Positions 18,831-28,912 of a stretch of 64,000 nucleotides of DNA are shown here, one piece after another. Every line of letters begins with the position of its first letter. Position 1 is the stretch's first letter. Both the position numbers and the translations under genes were made by a program. This stretch comes from Candidatus Melainabacteria bacterium 17Bon1m (lineage in GTDB: Bacteria > Cyanobacteriota > Vampirovibrionia > Obscuribacterales > Obscuribacteraceae), in the NCBI GenBank assembly GCA_032128875.1, contig JAVLKG010000008.1:128001-192000 (forward strand). The letters are read 5' to 3'. The notes below the pieces were generated by a model. The model ran no database searches. It saw nothing but the letters and a program-made list of their open reading frames with translations, and was not told where the DNA came from.

Positions 18831-20102
18831 CTACTTGCCGCCGGCAGTGGAAGCAGCTTCGGCCGGTTTGACCGGCGCGATCACTTCCATGAAAACGGGC
18901 AGGTGGTCGCTGAAGTCCTTCGTCCAGAAGAGCAGGTCGCGCTTCAAAGTCGGGAATGCCGGGATCCAGCATTGCACCGTGAGCCCGTCCATGCCCTTCG
19001 TGAAGAAGCCGTCGAACTGCCCGCTTTCGTTGCGGAACTGGTACGACGGGCGACCGTCGACGACGGGCTCCAGCTTGAAGCCGTAGTCGAAGAGAGGTTT
19101 GGTCTCGGTGGTCGTCGCCTTCTCGAGTGCGGCATTGAAGTCGCCGCCCATGATGATCTTCGTGGTAGGAAGATCCGCGACCGAGTAGTCGACCGCCGGA
19201 CGCGTTTTCTTCGGCGCACCGCCCGTGGTAGCAGCCGAATCGGCAGCTTCCGACTTCGCCTGCCCCGCAGTCGGCGCCTTGCGACGCTGATACGGCGACT
19301 TCTCGGCCTGGCGCTTGAACTCCTCCACCATCTGCTTGTTCGAGAACTCGCGAATGGGGCGGGTCGCATCAGGACCGCCGACGTTGGACTTGGTGTGCAC
19401 GTTGACGAAGTCGTAGACCTCGCCGGTCAGCGTATCCAGCACGCGTTGCTGGATGGCGGGACGCAGCGTGTACTTGAACTCGGGATGACCAGGCACCTCG
19501 AGCAAGTAGTCGTGGTAAACCGCCTTCTTGCCGACGTACTCCAGGCGCGGATGCAGCAACATGCCGCACGCCTGCTCGCGATTGTTGCGATGGCTGGCGC
19601 AAACGCCGTAGCCCGCCGCTTTCGCGATCACCTTGAGCGCGTCGATATTGGTCTCCTGGAAGAGCACGATGTGAGCGCGCTTCACCAGTTCGACCAGAGA
19701 GTCGACGATGCGAGTCGCCTTGTCCTTGGTGAGCAGGTAACCGTTGAAGCTGACCACGACGAGGTTGCCCTCGTAGGTGACGAGCGGACGCTCGCCGATC
19801 ATCTTCATCACGACTTCCTTCACCTGCGCCGGGGACGCAGGCACCCAGGGACGACGACCGCCGGGCTTTTTGGTCTCGCCCGTTTCGTTGTCGAATTCAC
19901 CGCCGGCCTTGCTGGCGATGACGGCTTGCGCAAGCGGATTGCCGGCGGCGGCGAGCTTGGCGATTTCCGCCAGAGTCTCATTCGCCCAGGGCAGCCGATT
20001 GGCTTGAATGCAGGCATCCAGAAGCGCAATCTGCGTCTTCAGGTCACCCGACGTCTTGACGAGAGCATCGCGGACGGCGTCCGCTGTTTCAGATTTGCTC
20101 AT
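18831..20102 (-). CDS. Endonuclease/exonuclease/phosphatase (EEP) family protein
   Basis: SFN, LFQET, NVHTKS, GGDFNA, FDGFF and FSDHLPV motifs in canonical order. Confidence 0.9.
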   Translation of the reverse strand: MSKSETADAVRDALVKTSGDLKTQIALLDACIQANRLPWANETLAEIAKLAAAGNPLAQAVIASKAGGEFDNETGETKKPGGRRPWVPASPAQVKEVVMKMIGERPLVTYEGNLVVVSFNGYLLTKDKATRIVDSLVELVKRAHIVLFQETNIDALKVIAKAAGYGVCASHRNNREQACGMLLHPRLEYVGKKAVYHDYLLEVPGHPEFKYTLRPAIQQRVLDTLTGEVYDFVNVHTKSNVGGPDATRPIREFSNKQMVEEFKRQAEKSPYQRRKAPTAGQAKSEAADSAATTGGAPKKTRPAVDYSVADLPTTKIIMGGDFNAALEKATTTETKPLFDYGFKLEPVVDGRPSYQFRNESGQFDGFFTKGMDGLTVQCWIPAFPTLKRDLLFWTKDFSDHLPVFMEVIAPVKPAEAASTAGGK

Positions 20103-20190
20103 TGACAGTCTCCAATTTCTGGGTGCGCTGTGGCGCGCACCCTCTAGAGCCGCTCTGCGATAAGCTCTGCAGGCGGTTCGACACCCTTCT

Positions 20191-20243
20191 GCAGGGGCGG
20201 CGCAAGCGCCGCCCTGTCAGGGAGCCGCATGCGGCTCCCCTAC
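20191..20243. repeat. REP doublet (two inverted GTAG-type palindromes)
   Basis: GGGCGGCGCAAGCGCCGCCC then GGGAGCCGCATGCGGCTCCCCTAC; 27 nt identical to 24856-24882. Confidence 0.75.
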
Positions 20244-20261
20244 GAAGGCGAAGAGATGGAA

Positions 20262-21398
20262 TCAAGCGACCTTGAGCTGGCCGCTCGTCTCCAAATGCTT
20301 GCGGAATTTCTGGCACACAGTCTTGTGGTACTGCGTGCAGTCTTCCGCGGGAACCAGCCCGTAGAGGTAAGCGAGCTGCTCCTTCTTGGTCGGCTTGTCG
20401 GTGACAGCCATGAGGGTGGCGACGATTTTGTCGGCGTCATCCTTGACCTCGAAAGGCAGGTCGGCGAACTTCTCTTCGAGCTTTCCTTCAAGCACGCGGA
20501 GCATGATGTAACGCGGATTGAGCTTCTCCTGGATCATCTTGCCGATGTATCCAGCGCACTTGTACTTGACCCGACGGTCAGGCCAGCGCACGACGAAGCC
20601 CTCCTTGTTCTCGAACTCGGGGCGCTTGACGAAAGCCTTGAGCTCATCGATCGACTTGAACTGCCAACGCTCCACGACGCGCAATCCGAGCGTGCCGCCG
20701 ATTTTCGTCAGGTCGTTGTAGTCGAGGTCGAGCAGAGTCCGCTTGCTGTAAGCAGCCAAAAGACAAAACTCCACCTTCCCGGCGTAGTCGAGGATGACCT
20801 GAGTTTCGGGATGGATGAACTCGGCAAGGACGGTCATACCCTTGGGGAACGAATCAGCCCACTCATCCTGCTTTTCAGCGAGGATTTCGTTGGCGATCTG
20901 AGCAGACTTGCTCTCGAACGAACCGCGGGTGGTGGCAATCACCCGGCCGCGATAGTGGAAGATAATCGCAAGGTGCCCATCTTCCTTCACCATCACTTCG
21001 AACGGACCATCGGGCAGGTCCTTGGTTTCGGCGTGCTCGCCGACGTTGAAGAATTTGGGGAAGGGGAAGGCAACGAGCGTGCCACGGCGATCGAAGACGA
21101 TGCCGCGGCAGAGCCGAATCGCTGGCGTCCAGCCGTGCTCGAAAGCATGCAGCGTGACGTGAGCGACTTCGGTGTAGTTGAGTCCGACAAGCGGAAGCTC
21201 GCGATGGAAGAACGGTCGGATCAAGCTGGTGACGGAAGGCATTCCCGTCTCACGCTTGTAGCCGAGGCACTGAGCCATGAACTTTTCGTTCGCAGGGACG
21301 CGCTTCCATTCGTTCCAGTCCTTGGGGCTGGAGACACGATCAGAGACGAGACGAGCGACGAAAGCCTTGAGCTGCTTGAGAGATTCTTTGGTGGTCAT
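20262..21398 (-). CDS. T4 Rnl1-family RNA ligase
   Basis: CRGIVFD, FPKFFN, motif I KEDG, ATTRGSF, motif III LAEFI, motif IV EGFVVR, motif V RVKYK. Confidence 0.9.
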   Translation of the reverse strand: MTTKESLKQLKAFVARLVSDRVSSPKDWNEWKRVPANEKFMAQCLGYKRETGMPSVTSLIRPFFHRELPLVGLNYTEVAHVTLHAFEHGWTPAIRLCRGIVFDRRGTLVAFPFPKFFNVGEHAETKDLPDGPFEVMVKEDGHLAIIFHYRGRVIATTRGSFESKSAQIANEILAEKQDEWADSFPKGMTVLAEFIHPETQVILDYAGKVEFCLLAAYSKRTLLDLDYNDLTKIGGTLGLRVVERWQFKSIDELKAFVKRPEFENKEGFVVRWPDRRVKYKCAGYIGKMIQEKLNPRYIMLRVLEGKLEEKFADLPFEVKDDADKIVATLMAVTDKPTKKEQLAYLYGLVPAEDCTQYHKTVCQKFRKHLETSGQLKVA

Positions 21399-22044
21399 TG
21401 CGTGTATTCCTTGTGTTTCACGAGTCCGGCTGAAAGCCGAACGAAATTGCGCCCCCGCTTTTTGGCGGAGGGTGCGAAATGCCGATACCCGAATCACAAA
21501 CTGCACAGACCAAACACGCACAAACGGCCGCACACACACTTCCTCAGAAGGCGCATGTTTCCGGTGGGACGTAGGCTGGAATTACAGTTTCAGTGACTCG
21601 TATCGGCTAAGGAATTCTTGAATAGATAGGTCTTGACCCTACGCGCGAAGAAGTGCGTCAATCAAGCAACTAAATAGTGATTTGAAAGTTATGCTGGCTA
21701 AAAATTTAGATCTCTTAGCTAGATTTATTCTTTAACGCCCGACATTTTTCTTCGCTTTAGCTTATCGAAGCCAATAAACCAAGCACCCGAGCCAGGACCA
21801 CTGGCTTTCGAGAGCAAGTTTTTAGTAATTCATATAAGGGCAAAAAATATGTTGCAAAAAATAAGCGACCTTGCGTCAACTCTGCAAGGTCGCTGAAAAC
21901 GTAGGAGGCAAGCGGTTCTGTCTCTATACGGACGGAAATGATTTCGATTTACCGATTCCGCAAGCACGACCGCTTCCCTCTAAAAGAGATTGAAACAGGT
22001 CAGAACTGTGCCCACGTTTTTATGGTTTTAAGACTGGCGCTCAA

Positions 22045-22191
22045 CTAGGCCACATCTCGGCCGGTGGCCATCTGGAAGATGAACAAGATGCCGCAAAGTA
22101 CGAGCAAGCCGTGAATAAAGCTGCCGCCTACATGGCTCAACAAGCCAATAAGCCAAACTGCCAACAAAATGGTGATCAATGTATAAAGCAT
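22045..22191 (-). CDS. lmo0937-family (DUF5670) small membrane protein
   Basis: MLYTLITILLAVWLIGLLSHVGGSFIHGLLV matches the family pattern; GGAGG upstream. Confidence 0.85.
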   Translation of the reverse strand: MLYTLITILLAVWLIGLLSHVGGSFIHGLLVLCGILFIFQMATGRDVA

Positions 22192-22663
22192 TAAATGGAA
22201 CCTCCGGTGTTTCAATCTCTCGTCTGCTGTGAGGACTGGAGAGCATCTCGGAAGTTCCCTATCCACTTTTTGGCGGCAAACACATACCGCTTTCAGGCTT
22301 GCCAGGAAGTTTAATGTGAGAAAGCACCGGAATGGCAGTCAAAACGCTTGTTGACGGACAATCGCCCATTGTTCGCGTGCCGCCGAAAGTTTAGCTTTGA
22401 ATTATCTCTTTCCTTCAATCTCGCGACGGATTCCTGCACAAGTTCACGCCCTGAAACCCTTGCACTTAAATACTTTCGGCACTGACGCCGAATATTGAAC
22501 AAGGTCCTCAGAAAAATGAACGGTCGGCACAAATCGTCCATGTAATTTGTGCAAGTGCTGGTATCCATTTGAATGCTGCGCGAAGGCGATGGAATGCCGG
22601 TTCGAGATAACACTCGAACCTAATCTTTATGCAAGAGCCGGAAATTCCGGCAGTAAGGACGTT

Positions 22664-24814
22664 ATGAGCAACCTTGAACATCGTGAAGAAAATGGCGGTG
22701 CGAATCTCACACCGCCAGAAGCCAACCAACCGCAATCGTGGCCCAAGAAAGTACTGATGTACTGCATCGTACTGCCCCTGGTGCTCTTCTGGGAGACAAC
22801 CAAAGGACTCTACAAACGCACCTATGAGAACGCCGAGACCGGCGCCGCCAACTTGATGAATCTCTTCATCGGCGTTGTCCTCTCTCTCATCGCCGGCATC
22901 TGTATGGGCTACAAAATGGGCTGGAGTGCCACTCCCGCTCCTCTCACCACCTGGCTTTCAGCAGCCGTCGGCGCCGGTGCCGCGATGTTTTTCTATGGAT
23001 GGACCTTATCGAATGTGGTGGTGTTCAAGTACGTTTCCAGAGGGTCCAAATGGCTCTGGCAAAGGGTCAACATCTCCGGCCAAGAGTATGAGGCAAACCC
23101 AGAAGGGCTGAACAACCCGGCCTGGTTGTCCTCATTCCTTATCCTGGCAGCCAGAGTGGTGATCATGATGCTGACAGTCGCTGTTGTTTATATGTTCGTG
23201 GTGCACGTCCAGGGACATCAAAACATCTACGGCGTGCTCGGCTATTTGATAGGGTTTGCTTCAGTCGTCGTCGGCTTGGTTGCGGTGATCTTTATCATCC
23301 TGTGGACAGGGCGCAACATCGGCGGATTCTTGGCATTCCTGATGATGGTCTTCATCCTTCTCATGATGATCTTCAACTGGACAGACACGGTATCGTTATT
23401 GGTGGCACCCTATAACGGTCTGACGGCGGCAAAGTGGGGCGGTTGGGGCTTCCTTCCCGGACTTGTCCTCGGCGGAGTCGCCGGCGTCCTTTTTGCAAGA
23501 TTGTTGTGGAAACTGCTGAAAGCGTTCGGCGTTCCGCTGATTGCTGTCATATGCAGCGCAGCCGGCACTTACTTCCTTTTGCCTGCAACAACTGCATGGC
23601 TGAACGGCTTTGCTCACCGTCCATTCGACGCGGCGCTCGTACCTTACATGGCGGCGGTTGTGGAATTCTTCGTACTGGTCGGGTACGTTTTTCCGATCTT
23701 ACACATCGGCATAACGCACTCGCTCAAACATCTGGAGAACATCACAAAGCTGATGGACTCGGTGTATCAAGAGGAAGAAGGCGGATATCGCGAATTCTTC
23801 TTGATGGTCCTTACGCTTGCCGCAACGCTGGCAGTCGTTTGGTATACGCCCTCGCTGCTTCTTGCCTATGTTGTTACTAAAGCATGGCAGGCATACGCAA
23901 TCACAGCGGTCATCGGCATCGGCGCCTACACGCTCGGCGGAAGCTGGCTGTTGCGAATAGGTGTATTGCCATTCGCAATGGTCTGCGCTGCCGCCTTCGG
24001 CTTCCAGGTATACGACGATTGGAATGCGCATGATCTCTGGTTTGGCATCGGCGGCGCCATCATTGTCGGCGTCATCGGTGCAGCCGCGACCATCGCCATC
24101 ACCTTCCCGCTCGCATATATTCTCATCCGCAAATCAACCGAAGGTTGGCTCGCCTCGGCGCTGCGCAACCCGCTGGTCAATCTCCATACCCGTATCTGTG
24201 ACGGCATCGCCCGTTTTGTCACAGAATTCTTCCGGGCGGCACGCAACACTTACGGCGATGCAACGCCTTTCCGCGAGACCTTCCAGCAACTCGCCAACAT
24301 CGCTTTCACGGTTGCCGCCACTTACGCCTCCTGGAGCCTTGTGACGATCTACGGATTTGCTCTCTGGCTGGGGATTGTCATCATGGCGGCAATCTTCGTC
24401 CTTGCCTATACTCTTGTCGGTCAACTCTTCAAGAAAAAGGGCAACGGCTATCTCGGGCTGCTCGCCGCCATTGTAGGTGGTGTCTACATCGGCATCATCG
24501 TGCACGGCGCACAGCCGCTCGGCTACTGGCTCTCCGTTCCTGGTGCGCTGATCGGCGCAGCTCTGACGGCGGGCGCGTTTTTCCCGTGGGCATATCTGTT
24601 CTTGCGCTTAGCACTGAATGCGCTATCACAAGAAAAATGGTTGCACCCAGCGCTGGTCAACGCTCACTCAACGGTCTGGAACCGTTTTGCCAACCTCCGG
24701 GAGGACTTCCTCAAGACCTACCGGCAGGTGCGCGATTCGGTGACTCTCATGAAGGAAAACTTCTGGCGCACGTATGAAGAAATGCGCGCGCAGATCTTCA
24801 AAAACCGGAAGTAG
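22664..24814 (+). CDS. Large polytopic membrane protein with internal repeats
   Basis: More than 15 hydrophobic segments; repeated FP(L/W)AY...WL...LVNxH and (Y/F)RExF units. Confidence 0.85.
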   Translation: MSNLEHREENGGANLTPPEANQPQSWPKKVLMYCIVLPLVLFWETTKGLYKRTYENAETGAANLMNLFIGVVLSLIAGICMGYKMGWSATPAPLTTWLSAAVGAGAAMFFYGWTLSNVVVFKYVSRGSKWLWQRVNISGQEYEANPEGLNNPAWLSSFLILAARVVIMMLTVAVVYMFVVHVQGHQNIYGVLGYLIGFASVVVGLVAVIFIILWTGRNIGGFLAFLMMVFILLMMIFNWTDTVSLLVAPYNGLTAAKWGGWGFLPGLVLGGVAGVLFARLLWKLLKAFGVPLIAVICSAAGTYFLLPATTAWLNGFAHRPFDAALVPYMAAVVEFFVLVGYVFPILHIGITHSLKHLENITKLMDSVYQEEEGGYREFFLMVLTLAATLAVVWYTPSLLLAYVVTKAWQAYAITAVIGIGAYTLGGSWLLRIGVLPFAMVCAAAFGFQVYDDWNAHDLWFGIGGAIIVGVIGAAATIAITFPLAYILIRKSTEGWLASALRNPLVNLHTRICDGIARFVTEFFRAARNTYGDATPFRETFQQLANIAFTVAATYASWSLVTIYGFALWLGIVIMAAIFVLAYTLVGQLFKKKGNGYLGLLAAIVGGVYIGIIVHGAQPLGYWLSVPGALIGAALTAGAFFPWAYLFLRLALNALSQEKWLHPALVNAHSTVWNRFANLREDFLKTYRQVRDSVTLMKENFWRTYEEMRAQIFKNRK

Positions 24815-24828
24815 ATCCTTCCACAAAG

Positions 24829-24970
24829 GTAGGGGAAGCGCATGCGCTTCCCTGCTCAGGGAGCCGCATGCGGCTCCCCTACACTCGTAAGGGGTCGGCG
24901 CTCCCCTACACTCGTAAGGGGTCGGCACTCCCCTAAACTCGGAAGGGAGTCGAGCATGCGGCTCCCTTCC
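24829..24970. repeat. REP cluster plus a 27-bp tandem repeat (BIME-like)
   Basis: GTAGGGGAAGCGCATGCGCTTCCC, an inverted REP, then about 3 copies of CTCCCCTACACTCGTAAGGGGTCGGCR. Confidence 0.8.
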
Positions 24971-25143
24971 TTTTTGAAAAACAGCTACTACACGTTTTAA
25001 TATCAACCGGTAACGCTTTGATAACAACTTCTCCCTAAGTTTTCCCTATCTTGGCAGTAGCCGCCGATTCAGATTCGCGGTGGCAAACATCTTTCGATTA
25101 TCGGATTCTCAAGCGACACGCTCGCTTTCACGGAGCAACTTAA

Positions 25144-25728
25144 ATGGCTATTCATGAGAGTTTTGCCTTTCATCCACAACCCGACGAAGCTTTGCATTCG
25201 ACCCCTCAATGGCATTTAGAACTCCAGCAAGACGCACAACAGAAGCGCAATCCGGGCACGGTTGTTGAACGCGCAGCCGAACAAACAGTAGATCAGGCGC
25301 GAAGAACCGTAGAACAAGGGGCACGTCAAACGGTTAGAGAAACCCAACAAAATGTCAAAGCGGCGCGCGAACGTGCAGAAATCGCAACATTCCTTGTGCT
25401 GAATTTCGACCAGATAGATGGTTCAAACCGCACCAAAACTCGAGACGGGAAGATTACCCGCAACGAGATAATCGACTTTAGAAAAGATCATTCAACATCG
25501 CTAACATCAAATGAATTGCGAACTCTCGATGTGGCGTCTCGTGATTTCGCAACGCAGATCGGTCGCGGAAAGACCGGGGTTAATAGGGCGGATATAGAAA
25601 CATACAAGGTCTCACCACCTGTCATAATTCGTCGACCAACTCAAGCAGAAGACGAAGGTCTCGACGACAAAATCAAAGACAAAGCAAAAGGAATTTGGAA
25701 AGGAATTCGCAGACGCGTAGGCGACTAG
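25144..25728 (+). CDS. Hypothetical protein with an EF-hand-like loop
   Basis: NFDQIDG...RDGKITRNEI; GGAG upstream. Confidence 0.7.
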   Translation: MAIHESFAFHPQPDEALHSTPQWHLELQQDAQQKRNPGTVVERAAEQTVDQARRTVEQGARQTVRETQQNVKAARERAEIATFLVLNFDQIDGSNRTKTRDGKITRNEIIDFRKDHSTSLTSNELRTLDVASRDFATQIGRGKTGVNRADIETYKVSPPVIIRRPTQAEDEGLDDKIKDKAKGIWKGIRRRVGD

Positions 25729-25778
25729 CCTCCCAAATCGAACTACCGCGCAATTGTTTTAACCGGTAAACGCAAAAA

Positions 25779-27047
25779 TTAGGAAAACGGCGTCGTGACA
25801 ATACGACAGTAAGGAAGCGCTTTGCGAAGTAAATCCAAACCTCGCTCGCTAACCTTTGTTTGCGCAAGGTTTAACTCAGCAAGATTATCCATCTCGGCAA
25901 GTGTTTCCACTGCCGCATCAGTAATTTTCGTGCTGAAAAGATTGAGGCGAACTAGTTTTCTCAATCTCTTCAATGATGGTATGGATGCATCAGTAACGCG
26001 GGTTTCCACCAACCAAAGAGCTTTCAGCCCAAGAAGTTTTTCCAGCGAAATAACACCATAGTCACCCACCTTAGTATCGTTGAGCGAGAGAAGTTCGAGC
26101 CTGTGAAGCGGCTCCAATCCCTTAAGGAAGTCATCTCTGACTCCGGTATCAGCCATCCATAAACTGTCGATGGCAGGGAGTTTTCCGATTGATGCAAGCC
26201 CGGCAGCAGTCAACGGCAAACGGCAGATGCAGAGCATTTCCAGATGTTTCAAGGACTCGATCCACTTCATGTCCTTGCCTGCCACCTTAGTGTTGGAGAG
26301 GCAAAGTCTTTCCAGACACGAAAACTTACTCAGCGCTGCGGCAGTTTTATCATTTACCCTGGTGTCTTCCAAGTGCAAATTGGTAATCGGCAAACCGGAA
26401 AGCGACTCGAATGCTTTTCCCTCGAAAGGGCAGCCATCCAAACGCAACTCTTTAAGAGTCGAAAGCCCTTTCAATTCTTTGACGGCATCATCATTGATGC
26501 GGGTTTCATCAAAGTGCAAAACCTCGAGAGCCTTCATTCCGGCGATCACTTTGATACCACTTTTGGTGACAGTGGTTCCGGCGAGTTTCAAAATCTTGAG
26601 ATTCTGCAACCCCTGCAATTGCCGCAATCCGAAGTCAGTTACTTCAGTGTGTCCCAGATCCAGTTCTTCGAGTTCTGAAAGTTGTGCGACGTGATGCAGT
26701 GCATCATCACCAATGTCCGTGCCGCCCAATAGAAGGCGTTTCAACCCGGTAAGCCCACTGATGTTTTTCAGCTCAGCCGGTTTGACACGGGTGCACGTGA
26801 AATTGAGAGAGCGCAAATCATCCGCTGCGAGCTGTTTTAGCGGTTCCAGATTTTCTGAGGCCGTCCAGCTGACCATCAAATCCAGAGGCTTTTCATACGG
26901 CGCAGAAACATCGCCCGCGGCTTCAGAGTAAAACTCCTCGACACCGCGTTCATCGGTCGTGTACAAGTGTCCGAAAGAAGTGTCCGCGGGAAAGCGGATT
27001 ATTCTGCCGTCTTTGTTGTTTGAAGTTTGCGCCTTCGCCTCAGGCAT
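25779..27047 (-). CDS. Leucine-rich repeat protein
   Basis: About 13 repeats of LxxLxLxxTxVxDxGxxxL. Confidence 0.92.
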   Translation of the reverse strand: MPEAKAQTSNNKDGRIIRFPADTSFGHLYTTDERGVEEFYSEAAGDVSAPYEKPLDLMVSWTASENLEPLKQLAADDLRSLNFTCTRVKPAELKNISGLTGLKRLLLGGTDIGDDALHHVAQLSELEELDLGHTEVTDFGLRQLQGLQNLKILKLAGTTVTKSGIKVIAGMKALEVLHFDETRINDDAVKELKGLSTLKELRLDGCPFEGKAFESLSGLPITNLHLEDTRVNDKTAAALSKFSCLERLCLSNTKVAGKDMKWIESLKHLEMLCICRLPLTAAGLASIGKLPAIDSLWMADTGVRDDFLKGLEPLHRLELLSLNDTKVGDYGVISLEKLLGLKALWLVETRVTDASIPSLKRLRKLVRLNLFSTKITDAAVETLAEMDNLAELNLAQTKVSERGLDLLRKALPYCRIVTTPFS

Positions 27048-27700
27048 CGAAAACCCCAGAGAGCCCGTATCCCAGTATCCAATAGATTACACGCCAGTCG
27101 GTAACTCGCGCAAAATAGATGTTCCCGGCAGGATGGAAAACATCTCTCTTGATTCGATGTTTTTTCCAGGAAGAAAAACAGACACGCGCCAGGTGCTATT
27201 GGGGGGGGCTGCAAGAGAAGCAATCTGAAACGCGCTTAAGGCGCCAGGCTACGACCTTAGCGGGGCTAAGAAACGATGCCAAGACCTCCTAGCGACGACG
27301 CGCTAGGTTTTAACTGCCAATTAAGCGTTGTTCAGGTCGCCCATTTAATAAGCTTTCGAAGAGTTATTGCGTCCAAGACCTTAGCAGACAACTGGTTACA
27401 AGGCTTGCTTCCAAGGCCATTCTTCTTCAGGGTGAAACTATTGTTTTCCACTCTCTGCACTTAAGTTTTGCTGCTCTAAAACTCCTGAACGTCTAATACC
27501 CGTTCATCTCGATGTTTTTACTTCACCCCAGGAGTGAAGGGCGGCTGCTTGCGTGCTTGGTGAACAGTTCCGGAGATGCGAAATGGCTTCGTGTCTCTGT
27601 TCAATCACGCCCGAATTTCGCCTGGAAAGCGCGCTGCGCTCTCAGGCCGAAGGCGGGCGAATGTAACCACGGGAGATTCTCTCCCACTAGGAGTCTACGT

Positions 27701-28903
27701 ATGGAGAAACTGATTGGTTTACTAGGCATCGGACTGATTCTGGGTCTGGCCGTGCTGCTGTCCAACAACCGCCGCCACATCAACTGGCGTCTGGTTGTGA
27801 CCGGCATCGTCATCCAGGTCTTCTTTGCCTTCCTGATCCTGAAGGTGCCCTTCGTCAGGGGCATCTTCGACTCCCTCGGCAACGGCGTTCAGAACCTTCT
27901 GGATTCCGCCAAAGAGGGCGTCGCATTCGTGGCCGGCGATGAGCTTGCGAAGTCGAAGTTCATCTTCGCGCTCGTCATCGGCGGATCTATCGTTTTCGTG
28001 GGCGCGCTCACCAACCTGCTCTACCACTTCGGCATCTTGCAGAAGATCGTAAAGGGCCTCGGTTGGGCGCTGCGCAAGTCGATGCGCATCAGCGGTGCAG
28101 AAGCGCTGTCCGCCGGCGCCGAGGTCTTCCTCGGTCAGGTGGAATCGCAGCTGCTCATCTCGCGTTACATCAAGACGGTGACACAGTCCGAGCTCTTGGG
28201 CATCATGGCTTGCGCCATGGCGACCATCTCCGGCTCGGCGCTTGTCGCCTACGTCAGCCTCGGCATCGACCCGACTTACCTGCTCATGGCTTCGTTCATG
28301 ACTGCGCCCTCAGCGCTCGTCGTTGCGAAGATCATTGTGCCGGAGACGGACCCCAGCGCTCTCACGCGCGAAGTTGAGTTGGCCGACGAGCGTACCTCGG
28401 TGAACTTCATCGACGCGCTTGCCGACGGTGCTCAGCAGGGTGCCAAGGTCGCTGCCAACGTGATGGTGATGCTCGTCGCGTTCATCGCCGCGGTGGTGCT
28501 GTTCAACAAGGTGCTCGTTGGTCTGGGCTCGCCCTGGACGCTGCAGCAGATGGTCGGCTGGGCTTTCACGCCGGTCGCATACTTGCTCGGCATTCCCTGG
28601 GACGAAGCGGTCCGCGTCGGTCCGCTGCTCGGCACAAAGACCATCCTCAACGAGTTCATCGCTTACGTCGACCTCTCTGCCATGCAGAAGGGTGCCGAGG
28701 CGTTGTCGGCTCGCACGCTCATGATCACGACGGTCGCGCTCTGCGGCTTCGCGAATCTGGCGTCCATCGCCATCAACATCGGCGGGCTCACCGCGATGGC
28801 TCCCGAGCGCAAGAGCGACATCGCTCGCATGGGCTTCAAGGCACTGGTCGCAGCCACGCTGGCAAGCTGGCTGACGGCGGCGCTGGCTGGGTTGCTCATG
28901 TGA
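27701..28903 (+). CDS. nupC: Concentrative nucleoside transporter (CNT/NupC family)
   Basis: INWRLV, FLGQVE, MATISGS, KTILNEFIAY and ALCGFANLASI motifs; AGGAG before the ATG at 27701. Confidence 0.93.
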   Translation: MEKLIGLLGIGLILGLAVLLSNNRRHINWRLVVTGIVIQVFFAFLILKVPFVRGIFDSLGNGVQNLLDSAKEGVAFVAGDELAKSKFIFALVIGGSIVFVGALTNLLYHFGILQKIVKGLGWALRKSMRISGAEALSAGAEVFLGQVESQLLISRYIKTVTQSELLGIMACAMATISGSALVAYVSLGIDPTYLLMASFMTAPSALVVAKIIVPETDPSALTREVELADERTSVNFIDALADGAQQGAKVAANVMVMLVAFIAAVVLFNKVLVGLGSPWTLQQMVGWAFTPVAYLLGIPWDEAVRVGPLLGTKTILNEFIAYVDLSAMQKGAEALSARTLMITTVALCGFANLASIAINIGGLTAMAPERKSDIARMGFKALVAATLASWLTAALAGLLM

Positions 28904-28912
28904 GTCTAACCA

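Noticed and set aside
11333-21398. Prophage
   Set aside because: Some phage-like genes, but no integrase, terminase, capsid, tail, replication or lysis module, and the blocks are interleaved with host-type DNA.
14766-21596. Long + strand ORFs (14766-16259, 18903-20105, 20229-21596) and similar ones at 5587-6405, 11327-12085, 12395-13153 and 55362-56279
   Set aside because: Antisense shadows of motif-bearing genes. Strong codon bias removes stops on the opposite strand, and the translations show no motifs.
27620-27655. Glycine riboswitch (GGAAAG, CTCTCAGG, CCGAAG words)
   Set aside because: The words are in the wrong order and lie in one simple hairpin, and the downstream gene is unrelated to glycine.
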